Notes under the pieces: model-generated
The model's input: only the letters and a program-made list of their open reading frames with translations
Databases searched by the model: none
What the model was told of the DNA's origin: nothing
Shown: positions 46,441-55,658 of the stretch, piece by piece
How positions within the stretch are numbered: position 1 is the first letter of the stretch
How the letters are laid out: the number at the start of each line of letters is the position of its first letter
Position numbers and translations under genes: made by a program
Assembly (NCBI GenBank): GCA_964387265.1
Contig: CAYLWC010000003.1
Span: forward strand, 43,468-107,467
Length of the DNA: 64,000 nucleotides
Direction: 5' to 3'
From: an uncultured Vampirovibrionales bacterium
GTDB lineage: Bacteria; Cyanobacteriota; Vampirovibrionia; Vampirovibrionales; Vampirovibrionaceae

Positions 46441-49400
46441 ATGGTGAAAGAAATACCCATGTTGGGAGTTCACTGGAACAATCAATTGCGGTCCCCTGTC
46501 CGGTTTTCCGGGTACCGGCTGACGCCGTCCGGGAATGCCCAGTTGTATCTGCCCGGCCATGAAAAGTCCCGAGTCCAGGCGGATGTGATTTTTCCTGACG
46601 GTAAAAAGGATGTGGTCCAGTTTAACCGGGATGGCCAATACTGGCGCGCCAAGCGAGAGCTGCCTCTGGGCAGTCTGTATCAGATCCAGGTGGATGGAAA
46701 ACCCGAACTGGATTTGTTGGAAACCCGCGAGTTTTGTAACAAAGCCTATAATGTAACTTCGCCCCTGGAACGAACGGCTCCGAAGAAAAGCGTGGTGATT
46801 GCCGATCTGTTTCAAAATGGCGCCGTTGCCGATGAGTGTCTGCGGGCTTACCAAAAAACAGGCATCCCGGCTCGCAACCACTTTAATGACTTTGGTGGGG
46901 ATGAACGGGGCCTGAAATCCCTGGTGCCTCTGTTGCAGGAGGCCGGATATTCGGCGCTGCTCTTTAAACCTTTTATTGGTGGGGATAATTTATCTTCCCA
47001 TGGCTATTGGACCGTGGATCCCTTTGCCCTGAATAAAAGTTTTTCCAACAAGAAGGCGTTTAAAAACTCGCTGAACCTGCTGTTAAAGTCTGGGATGAAG
47101 CCATTTGCAGATGGCGCCTTTGTTAATCAGGGATTAAACGGGATTCAATACCTGGCCAATCTTCATTATGGATTCCGCTCTCCCTTTTGGGATTGGTTTA
47201 CTTTTGAGGAAACCAATCAAAAAGGGCAGTCTCAGTATCCACGAAACGCATATGAAGGGATGACCCTGGGAATCCTTCCTACCAAAACCGATCCGATGTC
47301 CCGTATCCGCTTTGTGGATTATGACCGGTTCGATATTCGGGTGCTGAACGATCCGGCGCAACCTGAATATAGCCCTAAAAAACCGACATTTATAGAACTG
47401 TTTAACCCGCAAACTGCTGATCAACTGCTCCCTCAGACAAATCGGGATGGAAAGATTCTGAGCAGTGAGGATTCCGTGCAGACCTACCGTTTCCCAGTCC
47501 CGGTCAAAGAGCTGATGGAAAAACAGGAGCGGCTTGAGCAATTAAAGAAAGCCCCGGATTATACGGATCGGACCCGGAAGCAACTGCTGAGCGAGTGGAA
47601 GCAGTTTCGCCTGGGTCCACCGGCTGAAGATGATTCCAGCCTGAAGTGGGATGGCCAGATTGATGTGGCCAAAATGAACATGCGGAACCCGGAAGTCCAG
47701 AAGTTTGTGGAAGATTCCATGGTGTACTGGACCCGCTTTGTCAAAAACACCTATACTGAAACCGTGGCAAGCGCCTTACAGAAAGCCCGGCTGAAATACC
47801 CGGACAAGTCGCCGCTGGAACTGGTTCAGCAGATTACCGCCACCACACCCCAGGATGCCAGGATGCCGGGGAAGGTGTTACCACCCATTGATTTCCCCCA
47901 ATTGGAAACCCTGACGGAAGCGGATGTTGAAAAAGCCCTTACTTCAGCCGTATTGTCCGATACGAAGCAGCCAGGCCATGCGTTGGCAGAAACCATCTTG
48001 AAGCAATATCCCTTGCCTGTATTGCCGATGCCCCCTTTGTTCAAAGCCGCCTTGACTTATCCAGAGCTGGCCAAGGCGCTAAGCCGACCTGCCGCCCCCT
48101 GGTTGATGCAGGTTATTGATTTTGCCTTTAAACCGCTGAAAATGCTGGCGGAGGTGGCGCCCAAATGGCGACGCCATATCGATTCATGGGTCGATTTTGT
48201 GTTTGAGAAGCTGAAACAATTCTCATTTGAGGGAATGCTTGCCAATAAACTGGAAAGGAGCATTCAGCATCTCTCGAGAGACGCTCAGCAAAAGCTTCGA
48301 TCCCAACCTGTTCGGGAATTGATTACGGAAACCGTTGCCCAGACGCTCTACCTGCAACTGTTAACCGGGCAAACCAGTACAGTCCCTGATAACGTGGAAG
48401 AAGGTTTTTACCGGACGGTGCCGGATTATATCGCGCAAGCGGATCCCCAGACCGCCGCCAATCTTCTTCCCCGTTTTCTGAAGGACCGGCTAAAAGCCTT
48501 AAAGACCAATCAAATCGCCCAATTGATTGAGAGGCAACTCCGGGATCTCGAGCCGGATATGGTTGCGGTGGCGTCCGCGGTGTTGGATAAACGGGAATTT
48601 GGCCTGAACTGGCGGATTGATGCCGCCAAGGACGTGGGAGACATGGACCTGGTACGGAACGCCCCGGCTGACAAACGAAAAGATCTCTTCAGGCAGGAAA
48701 TGAGTTTTGTTGAGGGTTTTTGGAAACAACGGGGTGAGGCCATTCGTAATGTTTCCCCGAAAACTGCGATTATCGCGGAATTAACGGACTTTGAAGCCTT
48801 GTCCGATGACAGCACCGCTCGGAATATCTCCCGTCGGCTGTTTGATGTGTTTAATGGCATTCCCAACATGCGATACATGTATAGTTCTTTGGCCAAGGCG
48901 GTGCACATGGTTCAGAATCCCGCAGAATTTGGCGGCGATTTACAGATGAAGCCTTCGGGTTTCCTGAATGAAGTCAAGGGAATGAGCCAAAGCGTGCCGT
49001 TGCCTGCACTGCGTCAGTACCAGAACATGAGCTCCAGCCATGACTACCCGACGGCCAGCCATACGTTCCTGATGAATCCCGATATTTTTAATATGGATTA
49101 TATCCGCTGGTGGGGTATTCAAGAGTACTTTAATGAAGCGGTCAGCGAGCTGCTGACCAAGCCCGGATTCCAGCGGGAACGGGAGCTACTCAGGCGTGAA
49201 GGGGTTGAGAACTTAAAAGAAATCTTTGCCACATTAAACACGGCGGCGGAGAAAGCCCATCAGCAAAAACAGTTTTCCCCGTCTGTACAGAATTACTTCT
49301 CCAAGGGCAGTAAGCAACGGGAAGAGCCTGTGCCGCTGGATGCCAAACAGAACTTTGTGGATGAGTTGTTTACGCTGGTCACACCGCAACAGTTGGGGGT

Positions 49401-50397
49401 AGACCCCAGGACGTTTAACGCGTTACGGACGGTCCTCTCCGATAGAATATTGGAGCCCAGCGAGGCGCGCGCCATGCGAGGTGTGATTCAAAACGGCATG
49501 CTGCGCTTTGATTGGACCGGGTATGCCAGGGCCATCAATACACAAGTCCCTCCAAAGCAGCTTCAAGAGGGTTTCTTTTCCCTGTTTTCAGAAGCCATCC
49601 AACGATGCGTGCAAGAGTATGGCAGTCACTTTGGGTATCAGCCCCTTTATGAGGCGCTACATCATGTGCTGGAGAATCTGGATGATACGGCCCTGAAGCA
49701 GCTGATACCGGGGGAAGCTCCTACCAGCCTGGTAAAACAGACCCTGCATGAGCAGTTGTTTGATCAGCTGCAAAAGCCCGTGTTGGAGGATAAGTTCTTG
49801 AGAAAAGTGGCCTTACAGGTGGGTGTGCCCGGTAATCCTTCGATTTATGAAATCGTACCACAGGGTGGTAGTGAGAGCCGCAAAAATAAATACGTACAGA
49901 ACCGTCCCCTGATACGGTACGACTGGCTGAAGGAAAGGCCGCTGTATCAGGATTATCATCAAAAGCTTTCCAGGCTGCTTCACTTACGAAAGCAAGTGCC
50001 GGTGCTCAATGATGGGATTGTGTTGCCGCTTCAAACGCAAGATGTGGATGGGATCGTGCCGCTGGTTCGGGATAATGGGCGGGAACAAGCCATTATGCTG
50101 GTGAACACAGGAAAACCCTCGTTGCCGGAAGATTACCCCCACTGGCGGAATCTGACCGGGAATGATGCTCAGTATCCCGAAATCCAAACGACCCAAAAGG
50201 TCAAAAAGAACTTCAAGTTGAACCTCTCTGCGATACAGCCGCAACCGGAAAAAACAGTGTACCGGGATGTGGAAACCGGGGAACGGTTTAAAGTGGATAA
50301 AAACTACCAGCTGGTCTCTCTGGATAACCCCGGACGGGGCATGGACATCGAGGTCTACCGCTGTCTGGTTCGAGAAGACGTGGCGGGAAATAGCTAG
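46441..50397 (+). CDS. Giant (1318 aa) highly divergent GH13-like alpha-amylase-family protein with large insertions
   Basis: AGGAAAGGAAATGG RBS. N-terminal GGDERGLKSL...FKPF...HGYWTVDPFALN and FADGAFVNQG resemble GH13 regions. SSSHDYP resembles region IV. C-terminal LRKQVPVLNDG...LVNTG resembles the amylase C-domain. Confidence 0.65.
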   Translation: MVKEIPMLGVHWNNQLRSPVRFSGYRLTPSGNAQLYLPGHEKSRVQADVIFPDGKKDVVQFNRDGQYWRAKRELPLGSLYQIQVDGKPELDLLETREFCNKAYNVTSPLERTAPKKSVVIADLFQNGAVADECLRAYQKTGIPARNHFNDFGGDERGLKSLVPLLQEAGYSALLFKPFIGGDNLSSHGYWTVDPFALNKSFSNKKAFKNSLNLLLKSGMKPFADGAFVNQGLNGIQYLANLHYGFRSPFWDWFTFEETNQKGQSQYPRNAYEGMTLGILPTKTDPMSRIRFVDYDRFDIRVLNDPAQPEYSPKKPTFIELFNPQTADQLLPQTNRDGKILSSEDSVQTYRFPVPVKELMEKQERLEQLKKAPDYTDRTRKQLLSEWKQFRLGPPAEDDSSLKWDGQIDVAKMNMRNPEVQKFVEDSMVYWTRFVKNTYTETVASALQKARLKYPDKSPLELVQQITATTPQDARMPGKVLPPIDFPQLETLTEADVEKALTSAVLSDTKQPGHALAETILKQYPLPVLPMPPLFKAALTYPELAKALSRPAAPWLMQVIDFAFKPLKMLAEVAPKWRRHIDSWVDFVFEKLKQFSFEGMLANKLERSIQHLSRDAQQKLRSQPVRELITETVAQTLYLQLLTGQTSTVPDNVEEGFYRTVPDYIAQADPQTAANLLPRFLKDRLKALKTNQIAQLIERQLRDLEPDMVAVASAVLDKREFGLNWRIDAAKDVGDMDLVRNAPADKRKDLFRQEMSFVEGFWKQRGEAIRNVSPKTAIIAELTDFEALSDDSTARNISRRLFDVFNGIPNMRYMYSSLAKAVHMVQNPAEFGGDLQMKPSGFLNEVKGMSQSVPLPALRQYQNMSSSHDYPTASHTFLMNPDIFNMDYIRWWGIQEYFNEAVSELLTKPGFQRERELLRREGVENLKEIFATLNTAAEKAHQQKQFSPSVQNYFSKGSKQREEPVPLDAKQNFVDELFTLVTPQQLGVDPRTFNALRTVLSDRILEPSEARAMRGVIQNGMLRFDWTGYARAINTQVPPKQLQEGFFSLFSEAIQRCVQEYGSHFGYQPLYEALHHVLENLDDTALKQLIPGEAPTSLVKQTLHEQLFDQLQKPVLEDKFLRKVALQVGVPGNPSIYEIVPQGGSESRKNKYVQNRPLIRYDWLKERPLYQDYHQKLSRLLHLRKQVPVLNDGIVLPLQTQDVDGIVPLVRDNGREQAIMLVNTGKPSLPEDYPHWRNLTGNDAQYPEIQTTQKVKKNFKLNLSAIQPQPEKTVYRDVETGERFKVDKNYQLVSLDNPGRGMDIEVYRCLVREDVAGNS

Positions 50398-50466
50398 TGG
50401 GTCAATTTATTTTTGGGGATGTTTTTGTTTAGATAAACCAAGCACATGCATGGGAGATAACGCAAG

Positions 50467-51807
50467 ATGGCACAAGGCACCATGGTGGATTCCATCACCT
50501 CAACGACCGCCGAATCGACGTACGGCTCGCAGAAGGCAACGACCGCTGTTCGTCGGATGTCGATGCTCCAGCTCTTGAATTTAAGTATCGGCTTTTTGGG
50601 CATTCAGTTTGCCTGGGCCATCCAGATGGGACAGATGAGCCCGTTATTAGAGCGCTTGGGCTCTGACCCCCAGTGGATTGGGATTATCTCCTGCGCGGGC
50701 CCTGTGACCGGGGTGCTGGTTCAGCCGATTATCGGGTCCTTGAGTGATCAATCCAAAATTGCCTTTGGCCGCCGTCGCCCCTTCTTGCTGGCCGGAATGA
50801 TCTGTACGATTTTAAGCTTGATCCTGATGCCCAACTCCACCGAACTCTGGATGGCCGCGGTGCTACTCTGGATTCTGGATGCCAGCATCAACGTTTCTCA
50901 AGGCCCCTACCGGGCGATGATTTCCGATGTGGTGCCGAAAGCCCAGCAAGCGACGGCCTTTTCTCTCACCAGCCTGACTATTGGGCTGGGGTCAGTCATT
51001 GCTTTCCTCATTGGCTTTGCCATTAACTCTATGCACAACCTGTTTTATTTGGGGGCCAGCGCCATGCTGGTGGCCATGATGTGGACGATTTTAACCACCA
51101 AGGAAGAAAACCCCAAGCTGCTGGCGCTCAGCGGGGAGCAGGCCACGGAATCTACCGGGAATTTCTTTATCAACATGTTTAAAGGCATTTTCTCGATGCC
51201 GAAAGAAGGCTTAAAGCTCTGCCTGGCCCATAGCTTTACCTGGTTCGGCCTGATGTGCCTGTTTGTCTTTTTCTCGGTCTACGTGCCTCATCATGTCTTT
51301 GGCGCCGCCGATTCCAGTAGCGAGCTGTATCAGAAGGCCGTTCAGTGGGGGTCTATCTGTTATGCCGTCTTGAACGCCGTATGCTTTCTCTTCTCTTTCG
51401 CCATCAGCAAGCTCTGCGCCCTGACTTCCAAAAAAGCGGTCCATACGTTCGGTTTGCTGTGTATGGCTGGCAGCATGCTGGGGATGTTTTATATTTCTAC
51501 CCCAGAGATGGCAATGGTCCTGATGGGCCTGATGGGGATTGGCTGGGCGACATCGCTCTCGATTCCCTTTGCCCTGCTCTCGGAGCATATCCCCAACGGC
51601 AAAGAAGGGGTGTTGCAAGGGACCTTTAATATCTTTGTGGCCGCCCCTGGGGTGATTAGCAGTCTGGTTGTAGGGAACATCGTTCAGGCCTATGACGGCA
51701 ACTATGCGGTGGCCATGGTGATTGGCGGAGGCTCCATGCTGGTGGCGGCGCTGCTCCTGCAATTTGTCAAGGAAGCCCGTCAGGAAAAAGCCCCACTTAT
51801 CGCCTAG
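50467..51807 (+). CDS. MFS transporter of the GPH/sucrose-transporter (SLC45/SUT-like) family
   Basis: LLNLSIGFLGIQFAWAIQ...GPVTGVLVQPIIGSLSDQ...FGRRRPFLLAG closely parallels plant SUT and SLC45 N-terminal motifs. 12 TM. Confidence 0.8.
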   Translation: MAQGTMVDSITSTTAESTYGSQKATTAVRRMSMLQLLNLSIGFLGIQFAWAIQMGQMSPLLERLGSDPQWIGIISCAGPVTGVLVQPIIGSLSDQSKIAFGRRRPFLLAGMICTILSLILMPNSTELWMAAVLLWILDASINVSQGPYRAMISDVVPKAQQATAFSLTSLTIGLGSVIAFLIGFAINSMHNLFYLGASAMLVAMMWTILTTKEENPKLLALSGEQATESTGNFFINMFKGIFSMPKEGLKLCLAHSFTWFGLMCLFVFFSVYVPHHVFGAADSSSELYQKAVQWGSICYAVLNAVCFLFSFAISKLCALTSKKAVHTFGLLCMAGSMLGMFYISTPEMAMVLMGLMGIGWATSLSIPFALLSEHIPNGKEGVLQGTFNIFVAAPGVISSLVVGNIVQAYDGNYAVAMVIGGGSMLVAALLLQFVKEARQEKAPLIA

Positions 51808-51871
51808 AGGGCATTTGGTTTAAGCCCCCTCCCAACAAAGGTAAGGAGTGTCTGCGCTTTCAGGGTGGTTC

Positions 51872-52082
51872 GTCATTCCCGCGAAAGCGGTCCTCGGCCG
51901 TTGGCGAGTTTACGAGCCTTACGGCTGTGGATCAGGTGATGCGCGGGAATATACTCTGGGTGGGCATTTATAGACCCCCCCCTATGAAAAAACACTGTCA
52001 TTCCTACGGAAATGGGAATCCATTCCGCCTGATAGCCAACTAGCTTCTCTGTAAAATGGATTCCCGCTTTCGCGGGAATGAC
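51872..52082. repeat. MITE-like element with perfect 19 bp terminal inverted repeats and internal degenerate copies
   Basis: GTCATTCCCGCGAAAGCGG at 51872-51890 is the exact reverse complement of CCGCTTTCGCGGGAATGAC at 52064-52082. Partial copies at 51941-51952 and 51998-52029. Confidence 0.55.
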
Positions 52083-52179
52083 AGAAGAAAGGCAGGCGTG
52101 AGAAGGGGGGTGGGCATGGTCAGGGACATGGGAACGCCAGGGGCGCGTTGAGTGGGGTGGCAAGTTGTGTCTGCGTCAA

Positions 52180-54333
52180 TTAAACCGCTTGAATCACCTG
52201 GATGATCTGAACGCGCCAGCTTTCGCCGGGGGCCAGATCCAGCTTCCAGTTGGGATACAAGGCGGTGGATTGAAAGACCTTTTCAAACCCGGCTTCCGAT
52301 TGGGAAACCGTCTCAATTGGGAAGCGCCACAGATCTGTCGGGGTGCTGAATCGCAGTTGGTAATCAATTCCCATCCACTCGTCTTTCAAGCCAATGGCGG
52401 AAACCTGCTTCAGGGTCCCTTTTGAGGCCATTTTCTTGCTTCTGAGTACGGGCGGGGCTTCTTCTAAAACCGCTGTCCCACCGGCAGGAACGGTATTGGT
52501 ATCCGGCTCCGGCAGATAAAAATAGCGATCTGGCGCATCGGGGGCCAGCATATTCACGTTAAATTCCGGGGCGAACCACAGAGACACCACTTCCGTGGAA
52601 TCATTGGTGAGGGTGTAATCAATGGTGGTGGTAGCGCTATCCACCTCCACGGTGAGCCGCTTTTGGACGGTGACCGGGTGGGCTTTTCCATTTATCACCA
52701 CATCTCCGGTCCGGGTGAGGGTGACCTGATTGCCCTCATGCTGGGTCTCATAGGGCTGGTTGATAAATTGCCCCTGTTCTTCGTATTCCACATTAAACAA
52801 AGCATCCAGCGTGGTGTCTGGCCCCAGGAAGTGATCCAGCAAGCTGCCCCGGCGGTGCCAATCGTACCGCAGAAGCTTTTCCAGCCCTTTTTCTTTGACC
52901 ACCACCCGCTCATGGATATTTTTGACCGATCCGTCATCGTCATCCTCATGCAGTGCCAGGTGCAATTTGTCATGGTAAGACTCATACCGCCGGGCCAGGG
53001 TATCCAGTAGGTTAAAGTGCCGGGGACGGAAGTCTAATTCAAAGAGCATGCCCCCTTCAGCGGGATCTAGGTATAAATTTTGGGTGTCTGATTCCACCAG
53101 GACTTCGGCCTGGCCGTCACAGTCGAGATCCCGTTCTTTCATTGTAAAGAATGAATCTCCCCGCAAGACGGTGTCGGCTAAATTTTCCGCCTGGATCAAA
53201 TGCTGGTAGTTGGCGGTTCTTAAATTGGTTAAATACAAGCCGCCGAAGACGCCATGCCAGAAAATATCGTTAGATTGCCCCTGCCAGAGGTGATCCAGCG
53301 CCTCGGTCTTTTTCGGGCCTTCCGGCATCTTGCGGACTTTTTCGCTGACATACAGCATTTTCTTTTGCACGTTATTCGATTCCGGGTATTTCACCAGAAA
53401 ATGCCGCCAGAACCCCCCCCGGACAAAGCGTTGATTGGCTTCCGGGGTGTCTTTGAGAAATTGCTCAAAGGGGTTAATATGTTTCGCTGGCAAGGCCCAT
53501 TCCAGCATCTCGCTATAACTGGCCGTCGGCAAGTAAATCCGGCCAAAAGAGGGGACGTTTTGCACGTATTGCGATGGGGTGATGGTCTTGATCACCTCGT
53601 CGTTTTGTTCCAGGGCCGTAAAGAATTTATCCAGCCATTTTTCCGTATAAACGGCTTTATAAGTCCCCGGCCAGACGCCAAACTTCTCTCCGTCATCAAA
53701 ATAAATCCCGGCCCGTTCTCCGCTCTCTGTGGCCTGCTGAATGAGGTAATCCACCACCTCTTGCGGTTTGGCATAGGGGATCATGTAACGCAATTGCTTG
53801 CTAACCGGGAAGATGTCCACCATTTGGCCCATTTCTTCGGAGGTATAGCGGCCCAGCAGCTCTTCATCGTCCAGCCCCACTGAGTTAAAATGGGCGTCAT
53901 CCACGCAGAGGTATTTCACCCCGGCTTCTGCCAGGAATTTTACCAAATGGGGCTCCCAGACTCTTTCGGCTAGCCACATACCTTTTGGCGTTTGCCCGGT
54001 GAGTTCTTTCACCCGGTTCGTCAGCTTTTGAATCTGCCCCACTTTGTCTTTATCGGGAATAATGGGCAAAATCGGCTCATAAAACCCGCCAGTAAACATC
54101 TCGACTTGGCCCCGATCCACCAGGCGCTTGAGCTGCTCAATGAGTTCCGGGTGCTTCTCGGCAATCCAGTCCAGCAGGTAGCCGGTGTAATGCACGCTCA
54201 TCCCAATCCTGGGGTGGGCTTCCAGCACGTCTAAAAAGGGCTTATAGCACTTTTGATACGCATCCTCAATCACATGATCCCAGTTATCCACAGGCTGATG
54301 ATTATGAACACCCAGAAGCAGGTTGATGGTCAT
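52180..54333 (-). CDS. Glycoside hydrolase family 57 (alpha-amylase/4-alpha-glucanotransferase/branching-type)
   Basis: N-terminal GVHNHQP plus HYTGYLLDW...EMFTGGFYEPIL...WLAERVWEP, diagnostic for GH57. Confidence 0.85.
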   Translation of the reverse strand: MTINLLLGVHNHQPVDNWDHVIEDAYQKCYKPFLDVLEAHPRIGMSVHYTGYLLDWIAEKHPELIEQLKRLVDRGQVEMFTGGFYEPILPIIPDKDKVGQIQKLTNRVKELTGQTPKGMWLAERVWEPHLVKFLAEAGVKYLCVDDAHFNSVGLDDEELLGRYTSEEMGQMVDIFPVSKQLRYMIPYAKPQEVVDYLIQQATESGERAGIYFDDGEKFGVWPGTYKAVYTEKWLDKFFTALEQNDEVIKTITPSQYVQNVPSFGRIYLPTASYSEMLEWALPAKHINPFEQFLKDTPEANQRFVRGGFWRHFLVKYPESNNVQKKMLYVSEKVRKMPEGPKKTEALDHLWQGQSNDIFWHGVFGGLYLTNLRTANYQHLIQAENLADTVLRGDSFFTMKERDLDCDGQAEVLVESDTQNLYLDPAEGGMLFELDFRPRHFNLLDTLARRYESYHDKLHLALHEDDDDGSVKNIHERVVVKEKGLEKLLRYDWHRRGSLLDHFLGPDTTLDALFNVEYEEQGQFINQPYETQHEGNQVTLTRTGDVVINGKAHPVTVQKRLTVEVDSATTTIDYTLTNDSTEVVSLWFAPEFNVNMLAPDAPDRYFYLPEPDTNTVPAGGTAVLEEAPPVLRSKKMASKGTLKQVSAIGLKDEWMGIDYQLRFSTPTDLWRFPIETVSQSEAGFEKVFQSTALYPNWKLDLAPGESWRVQIIQVIQAV

Positions 54334-54400
54334 AGGGCGGGTTCCTTTTCTAAGACGAGAGCATGGGAATCACAGTAGCACAGTGGCAGAGGCGGCTCAA

Positions 54401-55492
54401 TCAGATTTCCAGCAAGCTTAAAATGATTTCCAGGAGGATCAGGATGACAATCACAAACTCTAAGGTCTGGCTCTGAGCGGAACGCAAGCGATCCGTGACC
54501 AGGTTATACAGGTTATCAATAATATCCAGCTTGCGGGAGATGGCCTGTTCCCACTCATGCATATAAAAACGCTCGGAAGCCGCTTTATGAACCCGCGCCA
54601 AATACAGATCCCCAATGAGCTTCAGCGCGTTTTCCACCCGCTCTGTCACCAGGGACGACTCAATCCGAAGTTCTGCCAGCTCGTTCATGGTTTTGCGGTA
54701 TGGGGAGTACAAGGGAATAAACCAGGGAGCCTGCTTATACAGGATGTCTTCATACTCATCAACCCGATTATCCAGTTGGCTGTCAATATATCGGTACTCT
54801 AAAAGCTCGACGTTTAGCAGTTCTAACACGCTTAACGTATCGGCGTAATTGGTATCGTAGACAATGGCGGTGTTCCAATCGATGATCACTAGATCATTCT
54901 CATAGTATGAGAGGGTTTTGGCTAGGGCTTCCTTTTGCTGATCCAGGTTCAGTGGGCTGGTATCAAAGCGCAGTACCTGGGCCATGGTGGCCCCGTAGCG
55001 CTCCCGGAGGTCCATGGCATTAATAGGGCCCTCTATGGGAGTATCCAGTTGCTCCAGGACAAAAATATAATAATCTTCAATGAGGTTGGCGATATGGGGG
55101 CGGCTGATGGCCTTCTGGATGTTCTGGAAGAGGTTTTCCACTTGTTGCTTGGCATGATCTTCCAAATCGGCCTGATAAAGTCGCTCGCTGAACTGGGGGA
55201 GTGCTTCCAACGGCACCTGATCTAGGGGCCACCGATAAGAAATACTGACGGCGCCAAAATCATAGACGGTGGCGTAGATTTGTCCCTTGACCCCAAAGGG
55301 CGTCTCGATTTCCCCTAGAAATAACACTTGCGGGGCGGTCTGGTATTGTAGGTAGGTAGGGGTTTGCTTTTTCCGGGAGATCGGTTGGACTGGTAGGGAG
55401 GAAATATATAGAGGGACCTGATCCAGGGCAATTTCGTAGCCAATATCAAAGGCGAAATAGGCAATCGCTTGTCCTTTAACAATTTGAGGCAT
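54401..55492 (-). CDS. Hypothetical protein with C-terminal TM anchor (possibly RMD1/DUF155-like)
   Basis: ATG at 55492 with an AAGGAGGG RBS. About 340 aa soluble domain plus a terminal hydrophobic helix LEFVIVILILLEIILSLL. Confidence 0.45.
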   Translation of the reverse strand: MPQIVKGQAIAYFAFDIGYEIALDQVPLYISSLPVQPISRKKQTPTYLQYQTAPQVLFLGEIETPFGVKGQIYATVYDFGAVSISYRWPLDQVPLEALPQFSERLYQADLEDHAKQQVENLFQNIQKAISRPHIANLIEDYYIFVLEQLDTPIEGPINAMDLRERYGATMAQVLRFDTSPLNLDQQKEALAKTLSYYENDLVIIDWNTAIVYDTNYADTLSVLELLNVELLEYRYIDSQLDNRVDEYEDILYKQAPWFIPLYSPYRKTMNELAELRIESSLVTERVENALKLIGDLYLARVHKAASERFYMHEWEQAISRKLDIIDNLYNLVTDRLRSAQSQTLEFVIVILILLEIILSLLEI

Positions 55493-55567
55493 CAACCCTC
55501 CTTGACGTGGCGGTATATATTTTATCATACCAAGGATCCAGATAAATAACGGCTGAGCCGGTTAAAA

Positions 55568-55593
55568 GTTGAGTCATAAATGAGTCATAAAAT
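55568..55593. promoter_or_regulatory. Tandem direct repeat TGAGTCATAAA x2 in a divergent promoter region
   Basis: Two adjacent 11 bp copies, each containing the near-palindrome TGAGTCA, lie between divergently oriented genes. Confidence 0.35.
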
Positions 55594-55658
55594 AGTTGAG
55601 AATGTTGGAAACTTCTCGTATGGTAATACCAGGTGACGACAGTATAAAGGTATTTGTG

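Noticed and set aside
53254-53883. 209 aa plus-strand ORF inside the GH57 gene
   Set aside because: Antisense to a gene with diagnostic GH57 motifs.
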